Assembly: GCA_964636085.1 (NCBI GenBank)
Contig: CAZWPQ010000031.1
Location: 1-25,026, forward strand
Reading direction: 5' to 3'
Origin: an uncultured Nitrososphaerota archaeon
Lineage (GTDB): Archaea; Asgardarchaeota; Njordarchaeia; Njordarchaeales; Panguiarchaeaceae
DNA: 25,026 nt
Part shown: one piece after another, positions 16,741 through 25,026 of the stretch
Numbering within the stretch: position 1 is the stretch's first letter
How the letters are laid out: every line of letters begins with the position of its first letter
Notes under the pieces: model-generated
Database searches by the model: none
What the model was told of the DNA's origin: nothing
Seen by the model: the letters and a program-made list of their open reading frames with translations, nothing else
Position numbers and translations under genes: made by a program

Positions 16741-18138
16741 TCAACCCTTAACATTCCTTATTGCCCTCAGTACAAGTTCTTTGCCTAGCTCTAATAACTT
16801 GTTGGATCTCTCAGAAGAGTCTGCCTCCGCATGTATCCTGTATTTTGGCTCGGTGCCCGATGGTCTAAATAAAAGCCATGAATCGTCCTCAAAGAATACT
16901 TTAAAACCGTTACGGATTTTTACAATTTTTTTATAGGCACCTAATTCTGACCTCTCTAAGAGCTCTAGAACCCTTTCACTAACCTTTATTTTTAGATTAT
17001 CAGGACATTCTATGGCTATCTTAGTAAGTACTCTCTCTGGAAGTTCCGCGACGAGATCTGACATCTTTTTCCTCTCCCTCTTTAAGAATGAAATCATACG
17101 TATTGTCGCTAGAGCAGCGTCGCCATAGTATATTGCATCACTCCAAATATACTTACCTGACTCCTCCAAGCCTAGTCTAGCGCCTACTTCCTTCATCTTT
17201 TCGGCTATTGCGGGGGGGCCGACATCGCAATAATAGACGGATCCCCCAAGCCTTCTAGTCACTATCTCAACAACGCTACTTGTATTTATTGTAACAACAA
17301 TCCTATTTATGTTACGATACTTTACGGCATCTATAGCAAATAACGCGCTCGATATGTCGCCCCAGTATACTACACCATTCTCTCCGGCAAAAATTGCCCT
17401 ATCTCCATCCCCATCAGTGGCCACACCTAATAGTGCATCCATGCCCTTTACCAATTTACCAAGTTTTTCGAGATTTTGTGGTCTTGGAAATGGATCCCTT
17501 CTTGGAAACCGAGGGTCAGGAACATCATTTATTGCCACGACTTCAAGTCCAACATTTTCTAATATTTCCTTCAATATACCTGCAGCCGAGCCGCTTCCTG
17601 GGTCTACAACGACTGTTTCCCCAGCTATATCTACATCATCAACCACCCTCAGAACATTCTCTATATATATGTCCTCTATGTCAACGTATTCAAATAACCC
17701 AACTTCATTCCATGGAACCCTTTTATACTTCTTATTGAAGAATATATCCTCAAACTGTACTTCCTCCGCTCTGTTTAGCTCTGCCGTATCCTTTTTGAAA
17801 AAGAGTATCCCAACTATTTCGGATGGTGTGTGGGAACCTGTGCATACGATGGCTCCATCAGCATCCAATTCAGATATCGCCCATAGCACTGCGGGGGTTG
17901 GGACAATCCCACATTCTAGTACATTAACTCCGCCCGCTAGTAAACCACTTATTAGGGACATCTCAACTATTTGTGCATGGGGCCTATGATCTCTACCAAC
18001 AAGTAATGTGGATCCCTCTCCATAAAAGGCCGCAGCGGCAAGGCCAAGTTTTGCGCTGAATTCAGGAGTGATTTTTATATTTACGAGACCTCTAATCCCC
18101 GACGTTCCAAAAAGTTTATTTTCCAACAATGACACCAT
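16741..18138 (-). CDS. alpha-D-phosphohexomutase (PGM/PMM/GlmM family)
   Basis: LFGTSGIRG, phosphoserine loop TGSHTP, metal loop DGDGDR, EESG and RPSGTEP. Confidence 0.93.
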   Translation of the reverse strand: MVSLLENKLFGTSGIRGLVNIKITPEFSAKLGLAAAAFYGEGSTLLVGRDHRPHAQIVEMSLISGLLAGGVNVLECGIVPTPAVLWAISELDADGAIVCTGSHTPSEIVGILFFKKDTAELNRAEEVQFEDIFFNKKYKRVPWNEVGLFEYVDIEDIYIENVLRVVDDVDIAGETVVVDPGSGSAAGILKEILENVGLEVVAINDVPDPRFPRRDPFPRPQNLEKLGKLVKGMDALLGVATDGDGDRAIFAGENGVVYWGDISSALFAIDAVKYRNINRIVVTINTSSVVEIVTRRLGGSVYYCDVGPPAIAEKMKEVGARLGLEESGKYIWSDAIYYGDAALATIRMISFLKRERKKMSDLVAELPERVLTKIAIECPDNLKIKVSERVLELLERSELGAYKKIVKIRNGFKVFFEDDSWLLFRPSGTEPKYRIHAEADSSERSNKLLELGKELVLRAIRNVKG

Positions 18139-18220
18139 TTCCTATTTCTATAAAATATGAATGAAAATCATAAAATGATTTGACGGATATATTTTGAAGA
18201 ATGTTGTCGCGTGAACCAAG

Positions 18221-19270
18221 TTGAGTAAAATTCTTTTACGCGATAAGATACCTGTGGCAGTAGTCCCCATTGTAAAATTTAGGAAAGCGCAAGGATTACT
18301 ATCAAAATATATAGATAGGAAATATAGGGTCGCATTCAGCGACCTTAAGGCTTTTTTTCCGATCTCAGAGCATATTCCTTCCCATATTATGACAAAACTT
18401 CAGGACATTGGAGTCCATTTTGATCATCTACCCAGCCACCATCTTCCACTAAAAACAGTACCGCTAAGCCTAAAGCTCCTAGAAAAAAAATATGGGCTTC
18501 CATTACCTAAGAGCATCAACCTCATAGGTGATATACTTACAATAAATGAGCTACCGGGTGGATGCGAAGGAAAGGAGGATACAATCGGCCGTATACTTCG
18601 TTCAAATTTTGGTGTAAGGGCCGTATTTCTAAAATCCCAGAAGTTCGATGGAGTATCTAGGGTCGCAAGATGGATAAAACTCTGTGGATGGGGGGATACA
18701 TTTACTCTACATCGCGAAAGCGGATGCATGTTCGCACTGGATATATCCAAGGTCTTTTTTAACCCCAGACTTAGCCAAGAGCGGATTAGAATAGCTGGGA
18801 AAGTTAAGGATAATGAAACTATTATAGATATGTTTGCAGGGGTCGGTTCATTTGGCATAATAATCGGGAAAAAGAGGCTGGTTCATTTATACGCCATAGA
18901 CATTAACCCCCATGCTGTTGAGTTCATGAGAATCAATACTATACTTAACAAGGTTCACCTAGAAGTCTTACTGGGGGATGCAAGAGAAAGAATTCTAGAT
19001 ATTAAAGAGAATGCTGACAGGATTATCATGAATTATCCAGAAGCCTCACTGAGTTTTTTAGATCTTGCTTTACAAAAAATAAAAAAGCCGGGGACAATTC
19101 ATGTCTATTTGTTTGTAACGAACGGAAATATACAATCTGCAAGAGACAACATTGAGTCCATAATTAGAACAAAACTGGGAGAGGAGATAAATATAACTGT
19201 GGATTACAGGATTGTTTCTGAAGTTGCACCGTACAAGTTCTTGGTCTGCTATGATGCACTAATAGCTTAA
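18221..19270 (+). CDS. trm5: tRNA m1G37 methyltransferase Trm5 family
   Basis: IGDI, KVFFNPRLSQER, DMFAGVGSF, DINPHA and DRIIMNYP. The NxP motif favours Trm5 over Taw2. Confidence 0.82.
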   Translation: MSKILLRDKIPVAVVPIVKFRKAQGLLSKYIDRKYRVAFSDLKAFFPISEHIPSHIMTKLQDIGVHFDHLPSHHLPLKTVPLSLKLLEKKYGLPLPKSINLIGDILTINELPGGCEGKEDTIGRILRSNFGVRAVFLKSQKFDGVSRVARWIKLCGWGDTFTLHRESGCMFALDISKVFFNPRLSQERIRIAGKVKDNETIIDMFAGVGSFGIIIGKKRLVHLYAIDINPHAVEFMRINTILNKVHLEVLLGDARERILDIKENADRIIMNYPEASLSFLDLALQKIKKPGTIHVYLFVTNGNIQSARDNIESIIRTKLGEEINITVDYRIVSEVAPYKFLVCYDALIA

Positions 19271-19905
19271 GAGAATTGTTCCATAGACTCTAGTTTCTTC
19301 TTATATATTGTTTTTAACAGACCCAGACCTAAATCCCTACCCGACATCCTTATTCTTAACTCGCCATGAGTTCTTTCCAGCCTCAATGGGGTTCTTATAT
19401 TAAATCTAACGCGAGGCAGACTTGTAGCAGAACCAACAGTTACGGTGGATGTTGCTGGGAAAAGTTTGCCACGAATCCAATCTCCCGATTTTATTACTGT
19501 GTTCGTTTTTGTCCCTATAAGCTCGCCCTTTCTAATGTCAAACTTAAAATGTTCTCTCCCTAGAGCATTAACAGAGACAAAAGCATCCGTGAATCCTATA
19601 TTAACATAGACACCAGTCTCTATAGCGTTTACTACCGATCCCTCTATTATCTCCCCCGGCTCTGGCTTAAAAACCAACATCTTTACGTTAGCCCTAAAGA
19701 ATACAGAAGGATTTTCGGGGGTTATGTGGCCTAGTCCCTCTACCTTAGACTCTAAGATCGCTAATATGTAACCATACTCAGAATGTATCGAATCCTCATA
19801 TGTATTTCTTAGAATACCCAATACTATGTCCTCTATATCTCGCTCAGGATGGAGCTCCGATGGTGGGACAGGAACTATCATATTCGTTGTGACAATATAG
19901 AACAT
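19267..19905 (-). CDS. rpoE1: RNA polymerase stalk subunit Rpo7 (RpoE'), divergent
   Basis: VPP..L, G.ILAI, FKPEPGEIIEGSV, GVYVNIG..DAFV, IKSGDWIRGK and GLG. Likely start is MFYIV at 19905. Confidence 0.85.
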   Translation of the reverse strand: MFYIVTTNMIVPVPPSELHPERDIEDIVLGILRNTYEDSIHSEYGYILAILESKVEGLGHITPENPSVFFRANVKMLVFKPEPGEIIEGSVVNAIETGVYVNIGFTDAFVSVNALGREHFKFDIRKGELIGTKTNTVIKSGDWIRGKLFPATSTVTVGSATSLPRVRFNIRTPLRLERTHGELRIRMSGRDLGLGLLKTIYKKKLESMEQFS

Positions 19906-20012
19906 CACTACCACACTCATCAAAAAATTCCTATCTATTTCTGCACCGTAGGATTGAATATTTTTCCATTTATAAGGATAATCTAAATAGTCTCGATATT
20001 ATATCAAAGGTA

Positions 20013-21314
20013 TCATGGTTCTATGCGTTCTGGGTCTCTTGGGAATAATGTCGCTTCCCTAACATTAGTCAAATTCAATATCTGCATTGTTAGTCTATCA
20101 AGACCAATTGCCCAACCACCATGTGGTGGAAAGCCATACTTAAATGCTTCCAAATAATAACCAAACCTAGATGGTCTTAGTCCTTTTGCCAATATCTGTT
20201 TCTTGAGTACCTCATATCTGTGTTCTCTTTGGCCACCAGTTAATATCTCTAGGCCCTTGTATAGTAGATCCATACTTTTTGTTAGTTCATTATCCGCATG
20301 TTTCATCGCATAGAAGGGTCTTATATCGAAGGGCCAGTCGATGATCCAAACGAAATCTGTGCCATATTTCTCCTTCACGTATCTATACAAGAATCTCTCC
20401 CCTGCTGGAGGTATATCCTTTCCTTCTATCGGTATTCCCTCCTTCTTAATCAGTGTGATTGCTTCACTCCAAGTCATCTTAGGAAAGCCCTTAGATGGAA
20501 TAGAAATATCTTTTATACCTATCTCCTCTAGGAGATGACCTCCCTCTGTAGATAACTTCCGCAGTATGTATATAAGCACCTCCTCAGCATACTCTAAAAG
20601 TGGTTCGATACCATCAATCCATGCCACCTCTATATCCATTGAGGTGAATTCGCATAGATGCCTAATTGTCCAGTGTTTTTCTGCCCTAAAGGCTGGGCCT
20701 ATCTCAAAAACTTTTTCGAGCCCTCCCACAGCTAGTTGTTTGTAGAGTTGTGGAGATTGTCTCAAATATGCCTTCTTATCAAAGTACTTGACTTCAAATA
20801 CGTCGGCTCCGCCCTCTGCGGAATACAGACTTATTGAGGGGGAATGTATTTCTACGAATCCTTGTTTGGTAAAATACTCCCGGAACGCTTGGACGATAAG
20901 AGATCTTAGCTTGAATATAGCGGCGACCTTTAGATTTCTCAGATCAAGTGTCCTATAATCTAACCTCGTAGCTAATTCGCTAGTCTGGCCTATAGGATCC
21001 ACGGGTAATATTGGCTCGGAACTTATTAGTTCAAATGATTCAGGCACTACCTCCTTCCCTCCTTTAGTTTTTGCCTCCCTCACAGTACCCTCTATGATAA
21101 CAGCGCTCATTAGAGGCGCCTTCTTGGCCACCAATATCCAATCCTCTGGAGTTTCTCCCCGCTTAAAAATTATCTGTATCTCGCCTGTGCTATCGATAAC
21201 CCTCCAAAAAACGATTTTCCCCAAGTCTCTTATATGTTTTATCCATCCGCAAATCCGAGCTTTCTTGCCTATTTTTGCGTCTAAATCTGCAATAAAGTCC
21301 TTTATGTACGGCAT
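20013..21314 (-). CDS. aspS: aspartyl-tRNA synthetase, archaeal type
   Basis: OB-fold GW..IRDLG, RLDYRTLDLR, QSPQLYKQ, FRAE..RHL.E, GGQREH, PPHGG..GLDR and FPRD. Likely start is ATG 21314; the track starts at 21332. Confidence 0.95.
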   Translation of the reverse strand: MPYIKDFIADLDAKIGKKARICGWIKHIRDLGKIVFWRVIDSTGEIQIIFKRGETPEDWILVAKKAPLMSAVIIEGTVREAKTKGGKEVVPESFELISSEPILPVDPIGQTSELATRLDYRTLDLRNLKVAAIFKLRSLIVQAFREYFTKQGFVEIHSPSISLYSAEGGADVFEVKYFDKKAYLRQSPQLYKQLAVGGLEKVFEIGPAFRAEKHWTIRHLCEFTSMDIEVAWIDGIEPLLEYAEEVLIYILRKLSTEGGHLLEEIGIKDISIPSKGFPKMTWSEAITLIKKEGIPIEGKDIPPAGERFLYRYVKEKYGTDFVWIIDWPFDIRPFYAMKHADNELTKSMDLLYKGLEILTGGQREHRYEVLKKQILAKGLRPSRFGYYLEAFKYGFPPHGGWAIGLDRLTMQILNLTNVREATLFPRDPERIEP

Positions 21315-21401
21315 CGCCAAGGCCCTCATCAAGTTAACCTTTAAATGTTAAGAAATAAACTTATTTAACTGCTAAAGAACAAGTATTTCGGTGTTGTACT
21401 A

Positions 21402-22484
21402 ATGACAAATAATATTGATTGGTTCTTGGATCTACTCAATAAAGAATTGGATTCTGCAGAAACCAAATTAAGACTTCAAATAAAGCCTCATGACATTAAT
21501 AGCATTCTCAATCTTCTAGCCGTGTATCTCCTCAAACATGATTATAATGGTATACTAATAACAACCGAAGAAATCCTAAGACAATCTGCTAGAATACCTA
21601 CCGAGAGCTTAATTAAGATTATCGAATACCGAGTCATAGCCGATTTAGCGCTTGGTAATTATGACAGGATTGTTGGGGCGCTAGATTTAGTGAGAAGACA
21701 GATACTCACTTTTTTCATAGACTTTAAGCAACTATTACATAACCCTTCAATTCGGGATCTACTTGATGAACAAGTGATCCTCTACCTCAAGAGGAGATAT
21801 ACGGTGGCACCATTATATCACGAAATCTATGAGTTCTCCAAGACATTCCAACTCGCCTTATATGACGCATATAAACAAGATTGCTTTATTGATCTACAAT
21901 CCTCTGAAAAATTGCGAATGTATTCTTATCTTTCTATATTCTTGGCGAAACTTTCACTAAAGGAAGCCGCAAAGAAATGTATTAACATAGCCAAGGAGAT
22001 AAAGGACTCGTACATATCTAGAGTTGCAGCGGGTACTGTTTGGTTCTTACTCAACAATTTTGACCATGCATTTGATGAGTTAAACTATGCCCTTGCTAAT
22101 TATACCGACGTGAAAAACCGAGGGATTGAGGCAAAAATCAATATAGCACAGCTTTATGCCCTCGAGGGCGAATATAAAATTGCACTGAATTATATAACTG
22201 AGGCCCTAAGAGTGTACCCTGATCCTCTCGCTCGACTTGTGAGAGGTAAGATTTTGTTGGAATTACAACGCTTCAATGAGGCAGTATTGGCGTTTAGAGC
22301 ACTTTTGAACACAACAAACAAAAATATTAGGACTGTTGCACTATTGAATTTAGCGGTTTGTTATATCCTTAAGAAAAAATATAAGAAAGCATTCGATTGT
22401 CTCTGGAGTGCGTATATGTTGAACCCTACCAATGAATATATTAGCATGCTCACCAAAACTCTTAAAATCTTATCTGACAGATAA
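21402..22484 (+). CDS. tetratricopeptide repeat protein
   Basis: Several TPR-like units in the C-terminal half (GEYKIALNYITEALRVYP; RFNEAVLAFRALL; KKYKKAFDCLWSAYMLNP). Confidence 0.75.
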   Translation: MTNNIDWFLDLLNKELDSAETKLRLQIKPHDINSILNLLAVYLLKHDYNGILITTEEILRQSARIPTESLIKIIEYRVIADLALGNYDRIVGALDLVRRQILTFFIDFKQLLHNPSIRDLLDEQVILYLKRRYTVAPLYHEIYEFSKTFQLALYDAYKQDCFIDLQSSEKLRMYSYLSIFLAKLSLKEAAKKCINIAKEIKDSYISRVAAGTVWFLLNNFDHAFDELNYALANYTDVKNRGIEAKINIAQLYALEGEYKIALNYITEALRVYPDPLARLVRGKILLELQRFNEAVLAFRALLNTTNKNIRTVALLNLAVCYILKKKYKKAFDCLWSAYMLNPTNEYISMLTKTLKILSDR

Positions 22485-22486
22485 CG

Positions 22487-23044
22487 GTGAGATATATGGG
22501 GTTGTTTGGATGGCTCTCTCGTTTATTCCTCATTTTGATTATACTGAACCTAGTTGATACTATTATTTGTATTATATGGCCAGCATTAACACACACCTTA
22601 CATTATTACCCCTCCCTAACAGACACCCTCTACATACTGGTTACGGGACCTACATTTTTCTCGACGAAATTAAATTTCTCGTTTAAAATTTGCCGAATAA
22701 TAATATTACTGTTGGTTTTATCTACGCTAATAGCGATAACCTCGACAAAAAAGTTGGGGACAATTAGATCATACGAAATCACAATATTCGTTCTCTCAAT
22801 CATCACACTTTCGATTATTGGCTATAATGAACTTAAGTATAGTGCCTCATCCATCGAGTCATTGGCGAGCTCAATTTTCAATTATGTATTTGTGGAGAAC
22901 CTAAAACTCATATTTGTCGCGCTAATCTATCACATACCGTTCGCAATAATGTCATTTATGATTTATATTGGCATGCATAGATACAAAGAATTTCTTTTGG
23001 AACTAAAGATTACAAGAGTTCCTAAAGAATCGAAAAAAGTCTAA
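22487..23044 (+). CDS. hypothetical membrane protein (~4 TM)
   Basis: Four hydrophobic stretches and a basic C-tail. Fills the gap between the TPR gene and polC; the start may be ATG 22496. Confidence 0.65.
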   Translation: MRYMGLFGWLSRLFLILIILNLVDTIICIIWPALTHTLHYYPSLTDTLYILVTGPTFFSTKLNFSFKICRIIILLLVLSTLIAITSTKKLGTIRSYEITIFVLSIITLSIIGYNELKYSASSIESLASSIFNYVFVENLKLIFVALIYHIPFAIMSFMIYIGMHRYKEFLLELKITRVPKESKKV

Positions 23045-25026
23045 AAGAAATCTGATAAATCCACCTTTACCTTTCTTATTACTACCTTCTTTTCTATAAT
23101 ATCCTCTACCTTTCTAACACTGTTGTCCATCAACTCTACTAAATCACCCGTAATTGATGGATTCAATATCTTAAAGTCCGTAATCATGAACCTATCGAAT
23201 TGTTGTGCCCTAAAATCGCTTGAGTCGAGTTCTTTAACTATTTTTCTAGCGATATCAAAATACTTAAGAACCATCTTCTTGTATACGGACGGCTTAAGAG
23301 TCTCACCACAGAATGGACATCTTCCATTAAGTGGAAGGCGCCTAATCTTCTGCTTACATTTCATGCATTTGAATGCTTGGGAACCAAATGACCTCAGATT
23401 ACCAAATATATCCCTCAATACATGGCCCTCTAATATCTTACTTATGGATTCCGCAAAATCAACCGCTACAATTTTTTTCATGAGATCTACTTGGCGCCTA
23501 ATTTTCTCCTCCATGCTTTTTGCCTTCACATATATGGTGCTAGTCGGGCCCAAAGATATCGATGATGTATCATGAGTAAATGCTATTGACACATACTGGG
23601 TCGGCTTACCTAATTTTTTTTCAACATTTTCGATTATATCCTCTATCTCGCCTGGGTCCGGATAACGCAAGGATTCCCTATAAAAGCTTAGAGGAAGCAA
23701 TTCAGTCGCATCCATGTTATAAACCTCAGAGTCTACTTCAAGGGGATTTAAAACTACGGTAACTATAAGTGGTGCATCCATCTGTCCTCCCCTACTCTGG
23801 GGTATATATTCCTTAGAGAAGTTTATTAGTGCATCCAGGAGCAACATTATCGAGTCCTCATCGCCGTCACAGTTCCTTCTTTTTGCTGCATGCCAATATG
23901 GATGTGCGTATAAACACCTCGATTTCGTAAAACCAATTATTCTTCCAATTATGCCAGCAGATGTATGAGGAGCCAATCCTATAACGAGATGTCCTAATAG
24001 GTCATTCCTCTCCTTTATATTATAGTAAGGCTTTAGTTTATAAACATGGACTAGAAGATCATCAATAAATTTAGCAACTCTTATTAAACAATCCGCAGCC
24101 TCCTCATTGATAATTATATCCTGAACCTTTAATTCCAAAATTTGATCTGGACTCACTAATGGTTTTCCATGAATATCCTTATCATAACCAAGTTTCCTCA
24201 GAATTTCGATGGAAACGCCAATCTCCCTTGGTGTAAAGTGTGTCAGAGGAGCATCTGTTGAATCAAACCTTATTGTGCCGTCCCTAAATACATACAGATT
24301 ATACTTTGCCCTTAACACACCCTTGACAAGATTTTCAGGCATCTTATTTTTTGATATTAAACCAATTACACATCTTATCTCACCAGAAGGCACAATACCA
24401 TACTTCTTTTCTGTGTCCCTAAATAGTTGCCGAAAGTCAATTGTGTATTTTTTATAAGTCAGTACCCTGTTTCCGCCACATTTAGGGCATCTTTCAAACT
24501 TCTTGTCCGATACATATCCACAGGATTCATTTCCACAGAAATACATCATCTTTGTTCTGGAGCCACATTTTGGGCATAGTGGATAGAATGTAAATTCCTT
24601 ACATTTTTCACAATACATCCCGACAGCCTCTATCTTGAAATACTTGCTCTTGTCCAATACCTTTGTTAAGACTCTAGTATGTTTGCCAGCTTCGCCCATC
24701 GGGAATAAAACATGAACAGGGGGCTTCATCTGTCTAATTTTTGCTTTTTCAGGGCGCCCCATTCTTACGCCAATGAAACATGTGTACTTGTCATAAATTT
24801 TTAGACCCAATCCTTGGAGAAATCTCAGTCCATCTATCTTGTCACTATCTGATTTGTTTTTTTCCCTGTCTATGACAAAATTGGCGATTTTTTTGAGAAC
24901 CACAATGTCTTTCGGATCAAATATTAGGTAACCATCAGATACTTTGTGAGGTACTAGAAGTTTCTCCATTATCGATTTTATTTGAGGCTCATTTTTGATA
25001 TATTTTTCCTCGCTACTGGATAATAC
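23041..25026 (-). CDS. polC: DNA polymerase D large subunit DP2 (5' part outside the window)
   Basis: RMGRPEKAK, Cys clusters, DGTIRFD.TDAPLTHF, LAPHTSAG, catalytic RRNCDGDED, and a C-terminal Zn finger with PIP-like LSDFF. The frame stays open to the window edge. Confidence 0.97.
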   Translation of the reverse strand, partial: VLSSSEEKYIKNEPQIKSIMEKLLVPHKVSDGYLIFDPKDIVVLKKIANFVIDREKNKSDSDKIDGLRFLQGLGLKIYDKYTCFIGVRMGRPEKAKIRQMKPPVHVLFPMGEAGKHTRVLTKVLDKSKYFKIEAVGMYCEKCKEFTFYPLCPKCGSRTKMMYFCGNESCGYVSDKKFERCPKCGGNRVLTYKKYTIDFRQLFRDTEKKYGIVPSGEIRCVIGLISKNKMPENLVKGVLRAKYNLYVFRDGTIRFDSTDAPLTHFTPREIGVSIEILRKLGYDKDIHGKPLVSPDQILELKVQDIIINEEAADCLIRVAKFIDDLLVHVYKLKPYYNIKERNDLLGHLVIGLAPHTSAGIIGRIIGFTKSRCLYAHPYWHAAKRRNCDGDEDSIMLLLDALINFSKEYIPQSRGGQMDAPLIVTVVLNPLEVDSEVYNMDATELLPLSFYRESLRYPDPGEIEDIIENVEKKLGKPTQYVSIAFTHDTSSISLGPTSTIYVKAKSMEEKIRRQVDLMKKIVAVDFAESISKILEGHVLRDIFGNLRSFGSQAFKCMKCKQKIRRLPLNGRCPFCGETLKPSVYKKMVLKYFDIARKIVKELDSSDFRAQQFDRFMITDFKILNPSITGDLVELMDNSVRKVEDIIEKKVVIRKVKVDLSDFF

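Noticed and set aside
23860-23890. Possible intein at the DP2 RRN/CDGDED site or in PolB
   Set aside because: The motifs are contiguous and there is no insertion.
24969-25026. DP2 apparently starting at 24969, suggesting a split or truncated polymerase
   Set aside because: The frame is open to the window edge (VLSSSEEKYIKNEPQIKSI), so this is a window artefact.
1-25026. tRNA, rRNA, CRISPR array, transposase/integrase, or Sec/Pyl readthrough
   Set aside because: I saw no cloverleaf, spaced repeats or recombinase motifs, and the recognisable proteins end at family-typical positions.

Overview
Gene-dense, low-GC archaeal chromosomal window with about 20 CDSs and no mobile element, CRISPR array, tRNA or rRNA that I can see. 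Archaeal origin is supported by GatE, PolD DP2, a PolB1-type polymerase, Rpo7 and Trm5. PolB1 plus PolD plus a longin-like protein suggests an Asgard-type lineage, which is inference only. Housekeeping genes (hisS, gatE, aspS, polB, polC, rpoE1, trm5, phosphohexomutase, purine PRTase) are largely not in their usual operons. Most notable: (i) a well-formed C/D box guide sRNA at ~806-854 that the ORF track misses; (ii) a longin-like domain fused to a ~580 aa helical region; (iii) a stand-alone GIFT-domain protein resembling the IFT52 N-terminal domain; (iv) a split NSAR/OSBS + GNAT pair, possibly for D-amino-acid salvage; (v) an RCK membrane protein with no K+ filter motif; (vi) an isolated Rpo7 with an insertion. 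All family calls come from motif recognition, not database searches.
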